A program made the position numbers and the translations under genes. A model generated the notes under the pieces. It was not told the DNA's origin and did no database searches. It saw only the letters and a list, made by a program, of their open reading frames with translations. A stretch of DNA of 64,000 nt from Haloplanus salinarum. GTDB taxonomy: Archaea > Halobacteriota > Halobacteria > Halobacteriales > Haloferacaceae. Shown here piece by piece: positions 1 through 8,700 of this stretch. The stretch's first letter is position 1; every line of letters begins with the position of its first letter. The stretch is taken from assembly GCF_024498175.1 (NCBI RefSeq), contig NZ_CP101823.1:2236987-2300986 (forward strand), read 5' to 3'.

Positions 1-1
1 C

Positions 2-1465
2 GACTATGAGAGTATCACTTCGCTGCTCGACGACGACCCCGAGCGTGCTCACGACGACGAGGTCATAACAGCCCTCGCCATGTCGAAGGTGAACGGGACG
101 AAACTCTGGTCGCAGTTTGCACCAGAGATGTCGGAGTACGAGACCATTGACTACAACGCCTACCAGAAACTCGTTGCGTCGAGAGCGGACGAGCTCAAAC
201 AGGAGGAAGAAAGCGACACCACGTTCGAGGAAACGACACCGGACGCGCCACCCGAGCCAGAGAGCAACCCGCCAAATTGGGAGACTGTAGCAGAAGCCGC
301 TGAAGAGATGTTCGACGAACGGTCACGGCACCTCGCAGACGCATTTATGACCGTTCCAGGTCGCATGCTCTTCAGCAAGGTCACGGACTGTCCTATCGTA
401 ATAGGTGTCGGTGCGCCTTCATCCGGGAAGTCAACTATCGCGGAAACGTTCGGAGGAATCAACTTCGTCAACAGTTATGGGAAGGTGACACCGAACGCCT
501 GGATTAGCCATAACGCCGACGCCGAGAAGGGTGAGTATGACCTGTTGCCGCGTATCAAACAGCGGGTCATGCTGGCCACCGAAATTAGTACGTGGTTCAC
601 TGGCGACAACGTCGAGGAGTACATGCGCGTACTGGCCGCCGTCGCTGACGGGAACGGTGACAGCAAGACCACCGGTGCACATGGCACGACGCGCTACGAG
701 GCCGACTATGCCGGAGAGTATCGCTTCGGCCTCATCGGTGCAACCGTCTACCCGACCAAGCGAGCGTGGATAGAGATGGGACACGCCGGGTCACGATTCC
801 TGTTCCATCCGCTCCCCAAAGAGGACGACCTCGGAACGCTCGTCGAACAACTGAACGACGGGAACTATGCTGAGCGGAAGCAGGAACTGCAGGAGATGAT
901 TACGCAGTGGTGGCGAGGATTCTATCACCAGTACGACGGCGAAATCGCTGAAGACGAGCGTCCGTCACTCACCGACGAGGAGGATATGACGGTCGCATGT
1001 CTGGCCCGCATTATTTCCCGAGGTCGCGCAGTAGACTTCGGTGGCGACCACGGACAGAGTGGCGTCGACATGTCCGAACAAGAGAGCCGTGCCTTCTGGA
1101 TGCTGAAACGGATGCTCCAGATGCGGGCGCTGGCGTACGAACGCGACGAACTCACTCAGGCCGACATGGCGATGGCGGCACGAGTAACGTTCGCATCGAT
1201 TCCGCAGTGGCGCAAACCCATCGTCAAGATGCTGTGTAACCCGGACCATTCAGGTGGCTACAGAGCGGACGACGTTGAGAGTCACACAGGCTATGCCCGC
1301 AGTACGGCACTTGACCGGATGAAAGAGGCTGGCCGCATCGGCATCGCCAATTACCACGAAGAGGAAGGTGACAGCGGGAGGAACGCTGTCGTCACGCTTG
1401 CCGATAAAAAGCTCCAAGGAGTCTTCCAAGACGGCGACCGCGTCCCTTGGCCGTTCGAGGAATAG
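2..1465 (+). CDS. P-loop NTPase-like protein; probably 5'-partial, reading frame open from window edge, first ATG at 80
   Basis: ORF track 80..1465; in-frame codons with no stop back to base 2; Walker A-like GVGAPSSGKST; no confident family assignment. Confidence 0.5.
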   Translation, partial: DYESITSLLDDDPERAHDDEVITALAMSKVNGTKLWSQFAPEMSEYETIDYNAYQKLVASRADELKQEEESDTTFEETTPDAPPEPESNPPNWETVAEAAEEMFDERSRHLADAFMTVPGRMLFSKVTDCPIVIGVGAPSSGKSTIAETFGGINFVNSYGKVTPNAWISHNADAEKGEYDLLPRIKQRVMLATEISTWFTGDNVEEYMRVLAAVADGNGDSKTTGAHGTTRYEADYAGEYRFGLIGATVYPTKRAWIEMGHAGSRFLFHPLPKEDDLGTLVEQLNDGNYAERKQELQEMITQWWRGFYHQYDGEIAEDERPSLTDEEDMTVACLARIISRGRAVDFGGDHGQSGVDMSEQESRAFWMLKRMLQMRALAYERDELTQADMAMAARVTFASIPQWRKPIVKMLCNPDHSGGYRADDVESHTGYARSTALDRMKEAGRIGIANYHEEEGDSGRNAVVTLADKKLQGVFQDGDRVPWPFEE

Positions 1466-1620
1466 GAGCTTTTGCGATTTTCGTCGGACAGAGGGGACCC
1501 CCCTCCCCCCTGGTATAACCCCATTTGGGGTGTCAGTGTGTCCCCACCCACAGTAATTCTAAATCAAGCGGTAGGGGGAGGGAGGGGGTGGCCCTGTCCG
1601 TCGAGAACTGCAAAAGCCTC
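1466..1620. repeat. Nested inverted repeats: outer gcttttgc/gcaaaagc (1469-1476/1611-1618), inner imperfect ~20-nt G/C-tract pair (1491-1513/1571-1596), central mini-palindromes ccccatttgggg and ggggtgtcagtgtgtcccc
   Basis: read directly from sequence; lies immediately 3' of ORF1 stop (1463-1465) with T-rich run 1469-1490. Confidence 0.45.
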
Positions 1621-1861
1621 TGGGTAGGGTGGCTGAGTTCCAGTAGCGATTAGACCGGAGCGCACCTGCTATCAATACCGATAGGTAAACAGCTAATCAC
1701 AGGATAGAGCAGTAATTTCTGATTAAAGATATTTTATACTTCTTCCCACCCTACCACTAAACACGGGAACCCACAGAGCTACTGCTACCGGATTCGGTCC
1801 GGAGCAGAAACCGGTGCTTGGGACACCGGTCCGTGGGCTTCCCGATGGAGGCGAGAAGCCA

Positions 1862-2095
1862 ATGGAATCAACGAACTCGATAGAGGAATCACTGTCGAAC
1901 AGACACCCCGACGCCGAAACCGTCGGTAACCACCTCGTCATCGACAAGACGCAGTGGTGTCCAGGGCCGCATCCTGACCCCCACCGCCGACGAGAGGGCC
2001 AGACCGAGTACCTGGCGCGGTACCTGCGCTGTATCCAGTGTGGGGCCGAGGTACTGAGCGAAGGAGACCTCCCCGAGGAGTGTGATGCGCGATGA
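1862..2095 (+). CDS. small Cys-containing hypothetical protein (start uncertain; ORF 1814..2095)
   Basis: ORF track; CPGPH...CIQCGAE possible metal-binding; AT-rich promoter-like region 1690-1760 upstream. Confidence 0.25.
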   Translation: MESTNSIEESLSNRHPDAETVGNHLVIDKTQWCPGPHPDPHRRREGQTEYLARYLRCIQCGAEVLSEGDLPEECDAR

Positions 2096-2580
2096 AGTTG
2101 TTGGATGCTCAGGTCGACTGGCGCGAAGATGTCGGCAACGACCCTCGGCTGGAGGTGCTCGTCGACGAGATACCCGACCGGTCCGGCCTCCGGTTCGAGC
2201 ACGAGGATGTTCTCTGGGTCGCCATCGACAACGGATACGTGGAGTATTTCTCCTGGTCTGGTGACGGCAACGATGGTGGCTACAGCGGTCGGTCGTTCGA
2301 GATTACTACCGTCGACGGCGAGCAGGTCACGCTCAAAGGGCCGTGGAGTTCCCGTGCCGGATGCGTGAACAAGCGGAGCTTCGGGCCGGTCGTCGATGTG
2401 CGGATGGCGACCGACCCCGACGTGCTCGAACGGGGCTACACGTTCCGGACGGGTACCCTGACGCTCTCGGCGGTGAAGCAGGCCATCGACCTCACCGACG
2501 AGGATGCTCACCTGGAGCGCGTCATCAAGTTCGATTCGAACGAGCCCTACTGGCGTCCCGTTCGGGGAGGTGACGACTGA
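2092..2580 (+). CDS. hypothetical protein, 162 aa
   Basis: ORF track; ATGA overlap with upstream ORF; part of a co-directional overlapping gene array. Confidence 0.45.
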   Translation: MKLLDAQVDWREDVGNDPRLEVLVDEIPDRSGLRFEHEDVLWVAIDNGYVEYFSWSGDGNDGGYSGRSFEITTVDGEQVTLKGPWSSRAGCVNKRSFGPVVDVRMATDPDVLERGYTFRTGTLTLSAVKQAIDLTDEDAHLERVIKFDSNEPYWRPVRGGDD

Positions 2581-2747
2581 TGGCGACGTGTCGGGAACTC
2601 GGGTGCAACCGCGAGGCGACTCACACAGTCGTCGTCAACGCGCCAGGTCGTGGATACGCCGAAGACCCCTGCTGTACCGAGCACGCCGAGAAGGCACGCG
2701 GTCGGGTCTACGTTCGAGACGTGCGACAGCGAGGAGGTGAGGCCTGA
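2580..2747 (+). CDS. small Cys/His-rich putative zinc-binding protein (55 aa, below ORF-track cutoff)
   Basis: manual translation MATCRELGCNREATH...DPCCTEHAEKARG; TGATG overlap with preceding stop and ATGA-type overlap with next start. Confidence 0.35.
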   Translation: MATCRELGCNREATHTVVVNAPGRGYAEDPCCTEHAEKARGRVYVRDVRQRGGEA

Positions 2748-3121
2748 TGTCGTCGGTCCAACCCGACATCGAGCCACGCACCCTCCGGGCCGCCACCGAG
2801 CATATGACAGTCATCGAGGAAGCGCGGTCCCTGTTCTCTGTCACGACCCAGAGCGGCTCCGAGTACACCGTCGACCTCCGTGAGCCCGCGTGTACGTGCC
2901 CGGACTTCGAGTACCGAGACGGCGTCGAGGAGTGCAAGCACATCCGACGGGTTCGCATCGAGGTGGGCCAAGTCGACACCGATGCGCTCGAAACCCGAAT
3001 CGCGGAGACGGCTGACGACCTCGACGCGAACGCCGCCGACCTCGAACAGCAGGCCAAAGAACTCGCGGAGACCGCCGAGGAACTCCGTGATGCGCTGGAC
3101 CGGCTGGAGGAGGTGGCCTAA
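2747..3121 (+). CDS. SWIM-type zinc finger protein
   Basis: CTCPDFEYRDGVEECKHIRRV matches the CxC...CxH SWIM pattern; ORF track. Confidence 0.5.
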   Translation: MSSVQPDIEPRTLRAATEHMTVIEEARSLFSVTTQSGSEYTVDLREPACTCPDFEYRDGVEECKHIRRVRIEVGQVDTDALETRIAETADDLDANAADLEQQAKELAETAEELRDALDRLEEVA

Positions 3122-3522
3122 TGTCGCGCCAACCCCAGGGTTCGACCGGCGGAAACGCCCGTCTACGACCCTCGAACGAAGGGGAACAGTCGAGGGCCAC
3201 GACGGAACACGTCTACCACGGTCGGCGCGACCCGACTGCGCCGGTCGGTCAAGAGTGTACGGTCACCGTCGACGGCGAGCCGTTGGACCTGCGGTACGAC
3301 CTTCTGTCGGCGAGCCCGGCTGGATTCGAGTGGAGCTACGGTGGGAGCGGTCCCGCCCAACTCGCCATCGCGCTTCTGGCCCACGCCTTTGAGGACGAGT
3401 TCGCCGAGCGCCATTACCAGCGATTCAAGCGTGAGGTGGTATCGGAGCTTCCCGAGGAGAGGTGGATACTCCGGAAGCGGAATCTCGATGCGTGGCGTCG
3501 GGAGGTGGTCAGCGATGCTTGA
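3121..3522 (+). CDS. hypothetical protein, 133 aa
   Basis: ORF track; start ATG overlaps the TAA of the previous gene. Confidence 0.45.
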   Translation: MSRQPQGSTGGNARLRPSNEGEQSRATTEHVYHGRRDPTAPVGQECTVTVDGEPLDLRYDLLSASPAGFEWSYGGSGPAQLAIALLAHAFEDEFAERHYQRFKREVVSELPEERWILRKRNLDAWRREVVSDA

Positions 3523-3676
3523 GCGATACCTCCGACTGATGCGCTGGTGGGTGCGCCGCTGGTACGGCGTTGCTCGCTACCTCGGTCGACTTTCTGGTCA
3601 GGAGGAGTACGTCGAGCGAGCCATCGACGTGACGGAGAAGAACTTCGAGCAGATTCTGGAGGGTGACGACGGATGA
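3515..3676 (+). CDS. small Arg/Trp-rich hypothetical protein, 53 aa
   Basis: in-frame ATG at 3515 within ORF 3341..3676; overlaps previous stop by 8 nt. Confidence 0.3.
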   Translation: MLERYLRLMRWWVRRWYGVARYLGRLSGQEEYVERAIDVTEKNFEQILEGDDG

Positions 3677-3975
3677 CCCGTCCCGACCCTGCGGCGGCGA
3701 TGAACGGAGTCGGTACGGGCCACATCTGCGACCGATGCAACCGCCGGATACAGCACGGCGATAAAGCCGGAATGTATGTGACGTGGTACGACGAGGGGGG
3801 ATGGACCCCCCGTAGGATGTGGTGCCTCGACTGCTGTCCCAAAGAGGTCGACCCCGGTACTGAGGGCGCAGACGAAGCGATACTACTCGGGGTGTTCTTC
3901 GCACATCGGCTGGTGTCGGTAACCGTCAGAGACAGGAGTCTTCCGAATCAGGAAGTAAATAATGAGACGGGTTGA
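3673..3975 (+). CDS. Cys-containing hypothetical protein, 100 aa (CDRCNRR...CLDCC)
   Basis: ORF track; ATGA overlap with upstream gene. Confidence 0.4.
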   Translation: MTRPDPAAAMNGVGTGHICDRCNRRIQHGDKAGMYVTWYDEGGWTPRRMWCLDCCPKEVDPGTEGADEAILLGVFFAHRLVSVTVRDRSLPNQEVNNETG

Positions 3976-4192
3976 AACAGGCGACAGTGTTCGGGTCGAC
4001 ATCCCCGACCAGTCGGACCCGGACTACGAGCGGTTCCACGGGCGGTACGGGGAAGTCGTAGATGTGCTGGAAGACGACGTAGGTCGTGAGACGGGCGACC
4101 AGCGTGATTCGCACCTGTTCACCGTCGAGTTCGAGGATGGAACCACCCACGGCTTTCGGTGGCGAGACCTCCGTCCGGCACCAGAGGAGTAA
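3962..4192 (+). CDS. small acidic hypothetical protein, 76 aa
   Basis: ORF track; overlaps neighbours. Confidence 0.4.
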   Translation: MRRVETGDSVRVDIPDQSDPDYERFHGRYGEVVDVLEDDVGRETGDQRDSHLFTVEFEDGTTHGFRWRDLRPAPEE

Positions 4193-4197
4193 CATCC

Positions 4198-4350
4198 ATG
4201 CCGACAGCCCGGAAAGTCGAGGAGACGTGCCCGCGATGCGACGACGATAGCGACGTGTGGATGTTCGAGAAGCCCGAGGGGTCAGTCACGAAGGAGTGCT
4301 ACACCTGCGAGACGTGCGGGTGCGAGTGGTCTGAAATCATCGACTGCTAA
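4198..4350 (+). CDS. zinc-ribbon protein, ~50 aa
   Basis: CPRCDDD...CYTCETCGC four-Cys ribbon; internal ATG of ORF 4159..4350. Confidence 0.45.
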   Translation: MPTARKVEETCPRCDDDSDVWMFEKPEGSVTKECYTCETCGCEWSEIIDC

Positions 4351-4356
4351 TCTTTC

Positions 4357-4617
4357 TCACTCTCTGTCGAGTGCTTCGAGAAGCAGATTGCCGTTCTCAG
4401 TTAATCGGTAAAAGGTTCGTTGGCGACCTTCAGATTCCCGGTCAGCTACCTCAATCATGCCCTCGCTTTCTAATTCACCCAGCACGTCATAGATGTAGCT
4501 CTGAGTGTAGTTGATGTCGTTCTCTTTGTCGCTGGCAATTGCGTAACCAGTGACCGGCTCATTTTCGCGGATGTAGACGAGGACCTGTACCTTGCGCTCA
4601 TCAACCAGTCCCATCAC
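4357..4617 (-). CDS. winged-helix transcriptional regulator (PadR/ArsR-like)
   Basis: 86 aa; pattern VLVYIRENEPVTGYAIA...YIYDVLGELESEGMIE...RTFYRLTENG typical of wHTH regulators; convergent to the small-gene array. Confidence 0.6.
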   Translation of the reverse strand: MMGLVDERKVQVLVYIRENEPVTGYAIASDKENDINYTQSYIYDVLGELESEGMIEVADRESEGRQRTFYRLTENGNLLLEALDRE

Positions 4618-4851
4618 ACGAGAATACCCGAGGGGTCGAAATAGTCGATATAAGCAAAGTGATAGACCGGTCTAATAGTTAGACTTGTTCAGTAGTTTGA
4701 TATTGTATCCGTCGGATGGACGCCGTATGGAAGTGTGTCTCGTGGAGCAAAAGGACTTGAAACGAGTCCCCGAATCCAAACTGGACACAGAAGCGAACTC
4801 TGAACAGCGAGTTGGACGAACAGTTGGAGCGAAAATCGGGGTTACCCCATA

Positions 4852-5613
4852 ATGTCGGAGGATGGAGGAGTGTCTAATGACGAGTCAGGGGGGCCAGCTA
4901 TCCTGAAAACCATAGGTAAGATTGTATCTTGGGCGTTAGGTTTGTTCCTTCTTCTGTTGAGTCTGGGCGGATTTCAGGATTCAATCCCATTCGGATTCTC
5001 CTTGCTACTATTAGGTCTGTTTCTACTACCCCCGGTACGGAACAGATTCGGAAATCTAATCGACTCCAAGTTTTCCCGTTGGATAGTGAGTGGTATCCTT
5101 ATACTTGGATTTGTTACGATGTTGGTGACTGTCCCGCCGACTGAGGTCAGTGAAAATAATGATGCCTCTGAGGGGATTGAGACATCCTCACCTGGCACTT
5201 CCGCACGATGTTGGATTGTAAATCACCGGAGCGAGATTTCTGAAGCAAGTGAGCAACTGAATCAGGGTACTAATGCTCTGGAAGAGGGAGACGGGTCGAG
5301 GGCACTCATGCACTTAGAGAAGTCGTTCAATCAATATGAGACCCTGAATGAATCGGCACATGAGGCCCCTATTAGAAACGATACACGGGAACAACTGCTT
5401 GAAGGGTACTTTCATGCGGCATTTCAGGGTACAGCCGCTACGTATTCCGGTGTTTATGAGTTGCAAGTAAACGATGATGCTGATGCTGCAAACAGGATGG
5501 CTGAGCGACAAGAACGCCACTTCGAGACGGCGGCGCAGAGGCGGGAAGAGCTCAAGGAAAGCCTCGGGGTGAGTCCTTCGACAGATTTGACTGAAATTAG
5601 TGGGAATTGTTGA
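4852..5613 (+). CDS. membrane protein, N-terminal TM helices plus soluble domain; low GC
   Basis: ORF track; hydrophobic segments in first 90 aa; visibly lower GC than flanks. Confidence 0.5.
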   Translation: MSEDGGVSNDESGGPAILKTIGKIVSWALGLFLLLLSLGGFQDSIPFGFSLLLLGLFLLPPVRNRFGNLIDSKFSRWIVSGILILGFVTMLVTVPPTEVSENNDASEGIETSSPGTSARCWIVNHRSEISEASEQLNQGTNALEEGDGSRALMHLEKSFNQYETLNESAHEAPIRNDTREQLLEGYFHAAFQGTAATYSGVYELQVNDDADAANRMAERQERHFETAAQRREELKESLGVSPSTDLTEISGNC

Positions 5614-5701
5614 GTGGTTAAAAATACAAACTGGAGAGGACGGAGACGGGTGTGTCCATCATCTATTTGTAACTTCCCCAGCGGCATATAAGATACTTCG
5701 A

Positions 5702-8700
5702 ATGAGTCAGGCTACGCTCTCCGACCGACCCTACGTCAACGCGAATCTCTTCTCTGGTCACTACCTGGACGAGCGCGTACAAGAACGCGACGAGTGGGAC
5801 TGTGACGATGACGCCCGCGAAGCGATGGATGACCTCCGGACGCTCTATGAGTTGGAGGGCTCGCTGGTCGAGGGGTACGGCGAGGACGCGCTCATAGATA
5901 ACTGGATAGACGAGGTACTGGACGTACTCGGGTTTGGAACGCAAGAGGAAGTGACGCTCCCCAACGGCGGCGGCTTCGTCGACGAACTCCTCTTCGAGAC
6001 GCCGACCGCTCGCCGGGACGCCGCCGAGGTCTACCTCGGAACCGAAGATACGACCGACCTGTTCGAGCGGGGCGTCGGCATCGTCGAGGCCAAGCAGTGG
6101 GACGCCGCGTTCAACATCCAGTTCAGCGAGCAACGTCCCTACCGCAACGCCTCGCACCAGACCAAGCACTACCTGGAGAACACGCCGCCGAACATCCAGT
6201 GGGGCGTACTCACAAACGGACGGAAGTGGCGGCTCTACGGTACGAACGACTACGAGACGCAGACCTACTACGAGGTCGACCTCCCCGAACTACTCGAACG
6301 GGGCGACCTGGGGGCGTTCAAATACTTCTACGTCTTCTTCCGGCCCGACGCCTTCCACGAGTCCGGCGGCACGACGTTCCTCGACGAAGTGTGGTCCGAG
6401 AGCGAGACGGCGTCACAGGAACTCGGGGAGAACCTGCAAGATAACGTCTTCACCGCACTGCGCGTGCTCGGGCGCGGCTTCGTCGAGACCAACGACGACC
6501 TCGACATCGACCCCGACGACGAGGAGGCCTTGGACGAACTGAAAGAGCAATCGCTCGTCTTCCTCTATCGGCTGATGTTCGTCCTCTACGCTGAGGCACG
6601 CGGACTCATCCACCCGGAAGGTCAGTCGGCGCAGGACGAGTACGACCAGAACTTCAGCCTCGACGAACTCCGGCTGGACATCCACGACACCATCGGCGAG
6701 GTCGACGAGGGCTTCGAAGACGAGTTCAGCGACTACTCGACGACGATGTGGAGTCGGCTGGAGGACCTGTTCCGGCTCATCGACCAGGGCGAGGAAGACC
6801 TCGGCATCCCCCCGTACAACGGTGGCCTGTTCGACCACGAGGAACACGACTTCCTGACCGACCACGAGGTGAGCAACCAGTACCTCGCCGAGGTCATCTA
6901 CCGACTGTCGACCACGCAGAACGACGAGGGTCGGTACGTCCTCGCCGATTACGCCGACCTCGACACCCGCCACCTTGGGAGCGTCTACGAGGGCCTACTC
7001 GAACACCAGTTCCGCATCGCGCCCGAGCAGTACGCGGCGGTCGCGGAGGACGGTGGCCAGGTCTGGAAGCCCGCCACCGAAGTCAGCGTTGCCGACGCCG
7101 TCGAGACCGTCCCCGAGGGCGGGCTGTACGTCGTCAACGATGAGGGCGAACGCAAGGCCACGGGTGCCTACTACACGCCCGACTACGTGGTGACCTACAT
7201 CGTCGAGGAGACGGTCGGCCCGCTGGTCGAGGAGATACGTGAAGACCTGATAGACCAAGGGTTCGAGCCGGGCACACAGGAGTACATCGGGCCGTTCTTT
7301 CGGCGTGTGACCGACCTTCGGATTCTCGACCCTGCGATGGGGAGCGGTCACTTCCTGACAAAGGCTACTGGCTACCTGTCCGAGCAAGTGATGGCCGAGG
7401 TCCGCGAGGCTGAAGAGGAGTTCGGGGTGGCGTTCGACGAACAGCACATCCGGCGGGAAATCGCCAAAGAGTGCATCTACGGCGTCGACCTGAACGGGAT
7501 GGCCGTCGAACTGGCGAAGCTGTCGATGTGGCTGGAGACGCTGGCGGCCGACCGTCCGCTCGCCTTCCTCGACCACCACTTCAAGCAGGGTAATTCGCTG
7601 GTCGGGTCGGACATTGAGGATATCGAGGAACTGGAATCAGACGCGAGCAACGACGCTGATTCACAGGCGTCCTTGGCCGAGTTCGGCGCGACACGTGAGG
7701 GAACTATCGAGCGCCTGATGGACATTTACTCGGAGTTCCTCGCCATCGAGAACGAGACGGTCGAGGACGTGCGCGAGATGAAGCGCAAGTACGCCGAAAT
7801 CGAGCAGGACGAACTCCGTAAACGGCTCGTGACGATGGCGAACGTTCACACCGCCGAGCGATTCGGTCTTGATGTTCCCGGTGGTGCATACGAGCGAATG
7901 GCAAAGGCGCTGGAAGATGATGAGGAATGGGCGGGCGTTAAAAACACAGATTGGTTCGAAAGCGCACAGGCAACAGCTGGTGAGCAAGATTTCTTCCACT
8001 GGAAACTGGCCTTCCCCGAAGCCTACTATGATGAAGAGGGGTCATTGAGAAACGATGACGGATTTGACGCGGTAGTCGGAAACCCGCCGTATGTTAAGAT
8101 ACAAAACTTACCAGACACCGATAAAGAATATTACGGAAATGTCTATAATGTAGCCCGGGAACGCTATGACCTTTACAATTTATTCGTTGAAAGAGCGGAG
8201 GCCCTTTCTAATAATCGCGTTGGGTTGATTTTACCAAATAAATTCTTTGAGGCACGCGCGGGTTCGCCGCTCAGGCAACATCTTGAGGACATACAGAGTG
8301 TTGAAAAGATAGCTGATTTTAAACAAAACCAGGTGTTTGATGGGGCAACCACCTATACGTGTCTCCTGTTCTTATCGCAGTCTCATCAATCAACAATAAT
8401 TGACTATGGTGCAGTTTCAGACGACCCAGAAACCAATCTCACAGAAGTTGAGTGGGTAGAGATAGACTTGGATAATGAAGGAGAAAAGTGGAATTTAACT
8501 GGAGAAGAAGAAAAGAAGATACTCAACAAGATTGAAAGTACAGGAATTGGATTTGACGAAATCACCGACCAGATTCTGGTAGGGGTTCAGACCAGTGCTA
8601 ACGATGTTTTCGTCTTGGAAGAGTGTGAGTATGATGGTGATTATGTTGAAGGGTATTCATCAGCAGTAGGTGAGCGTGTCTCCGTTGAGACCAGTATTAC

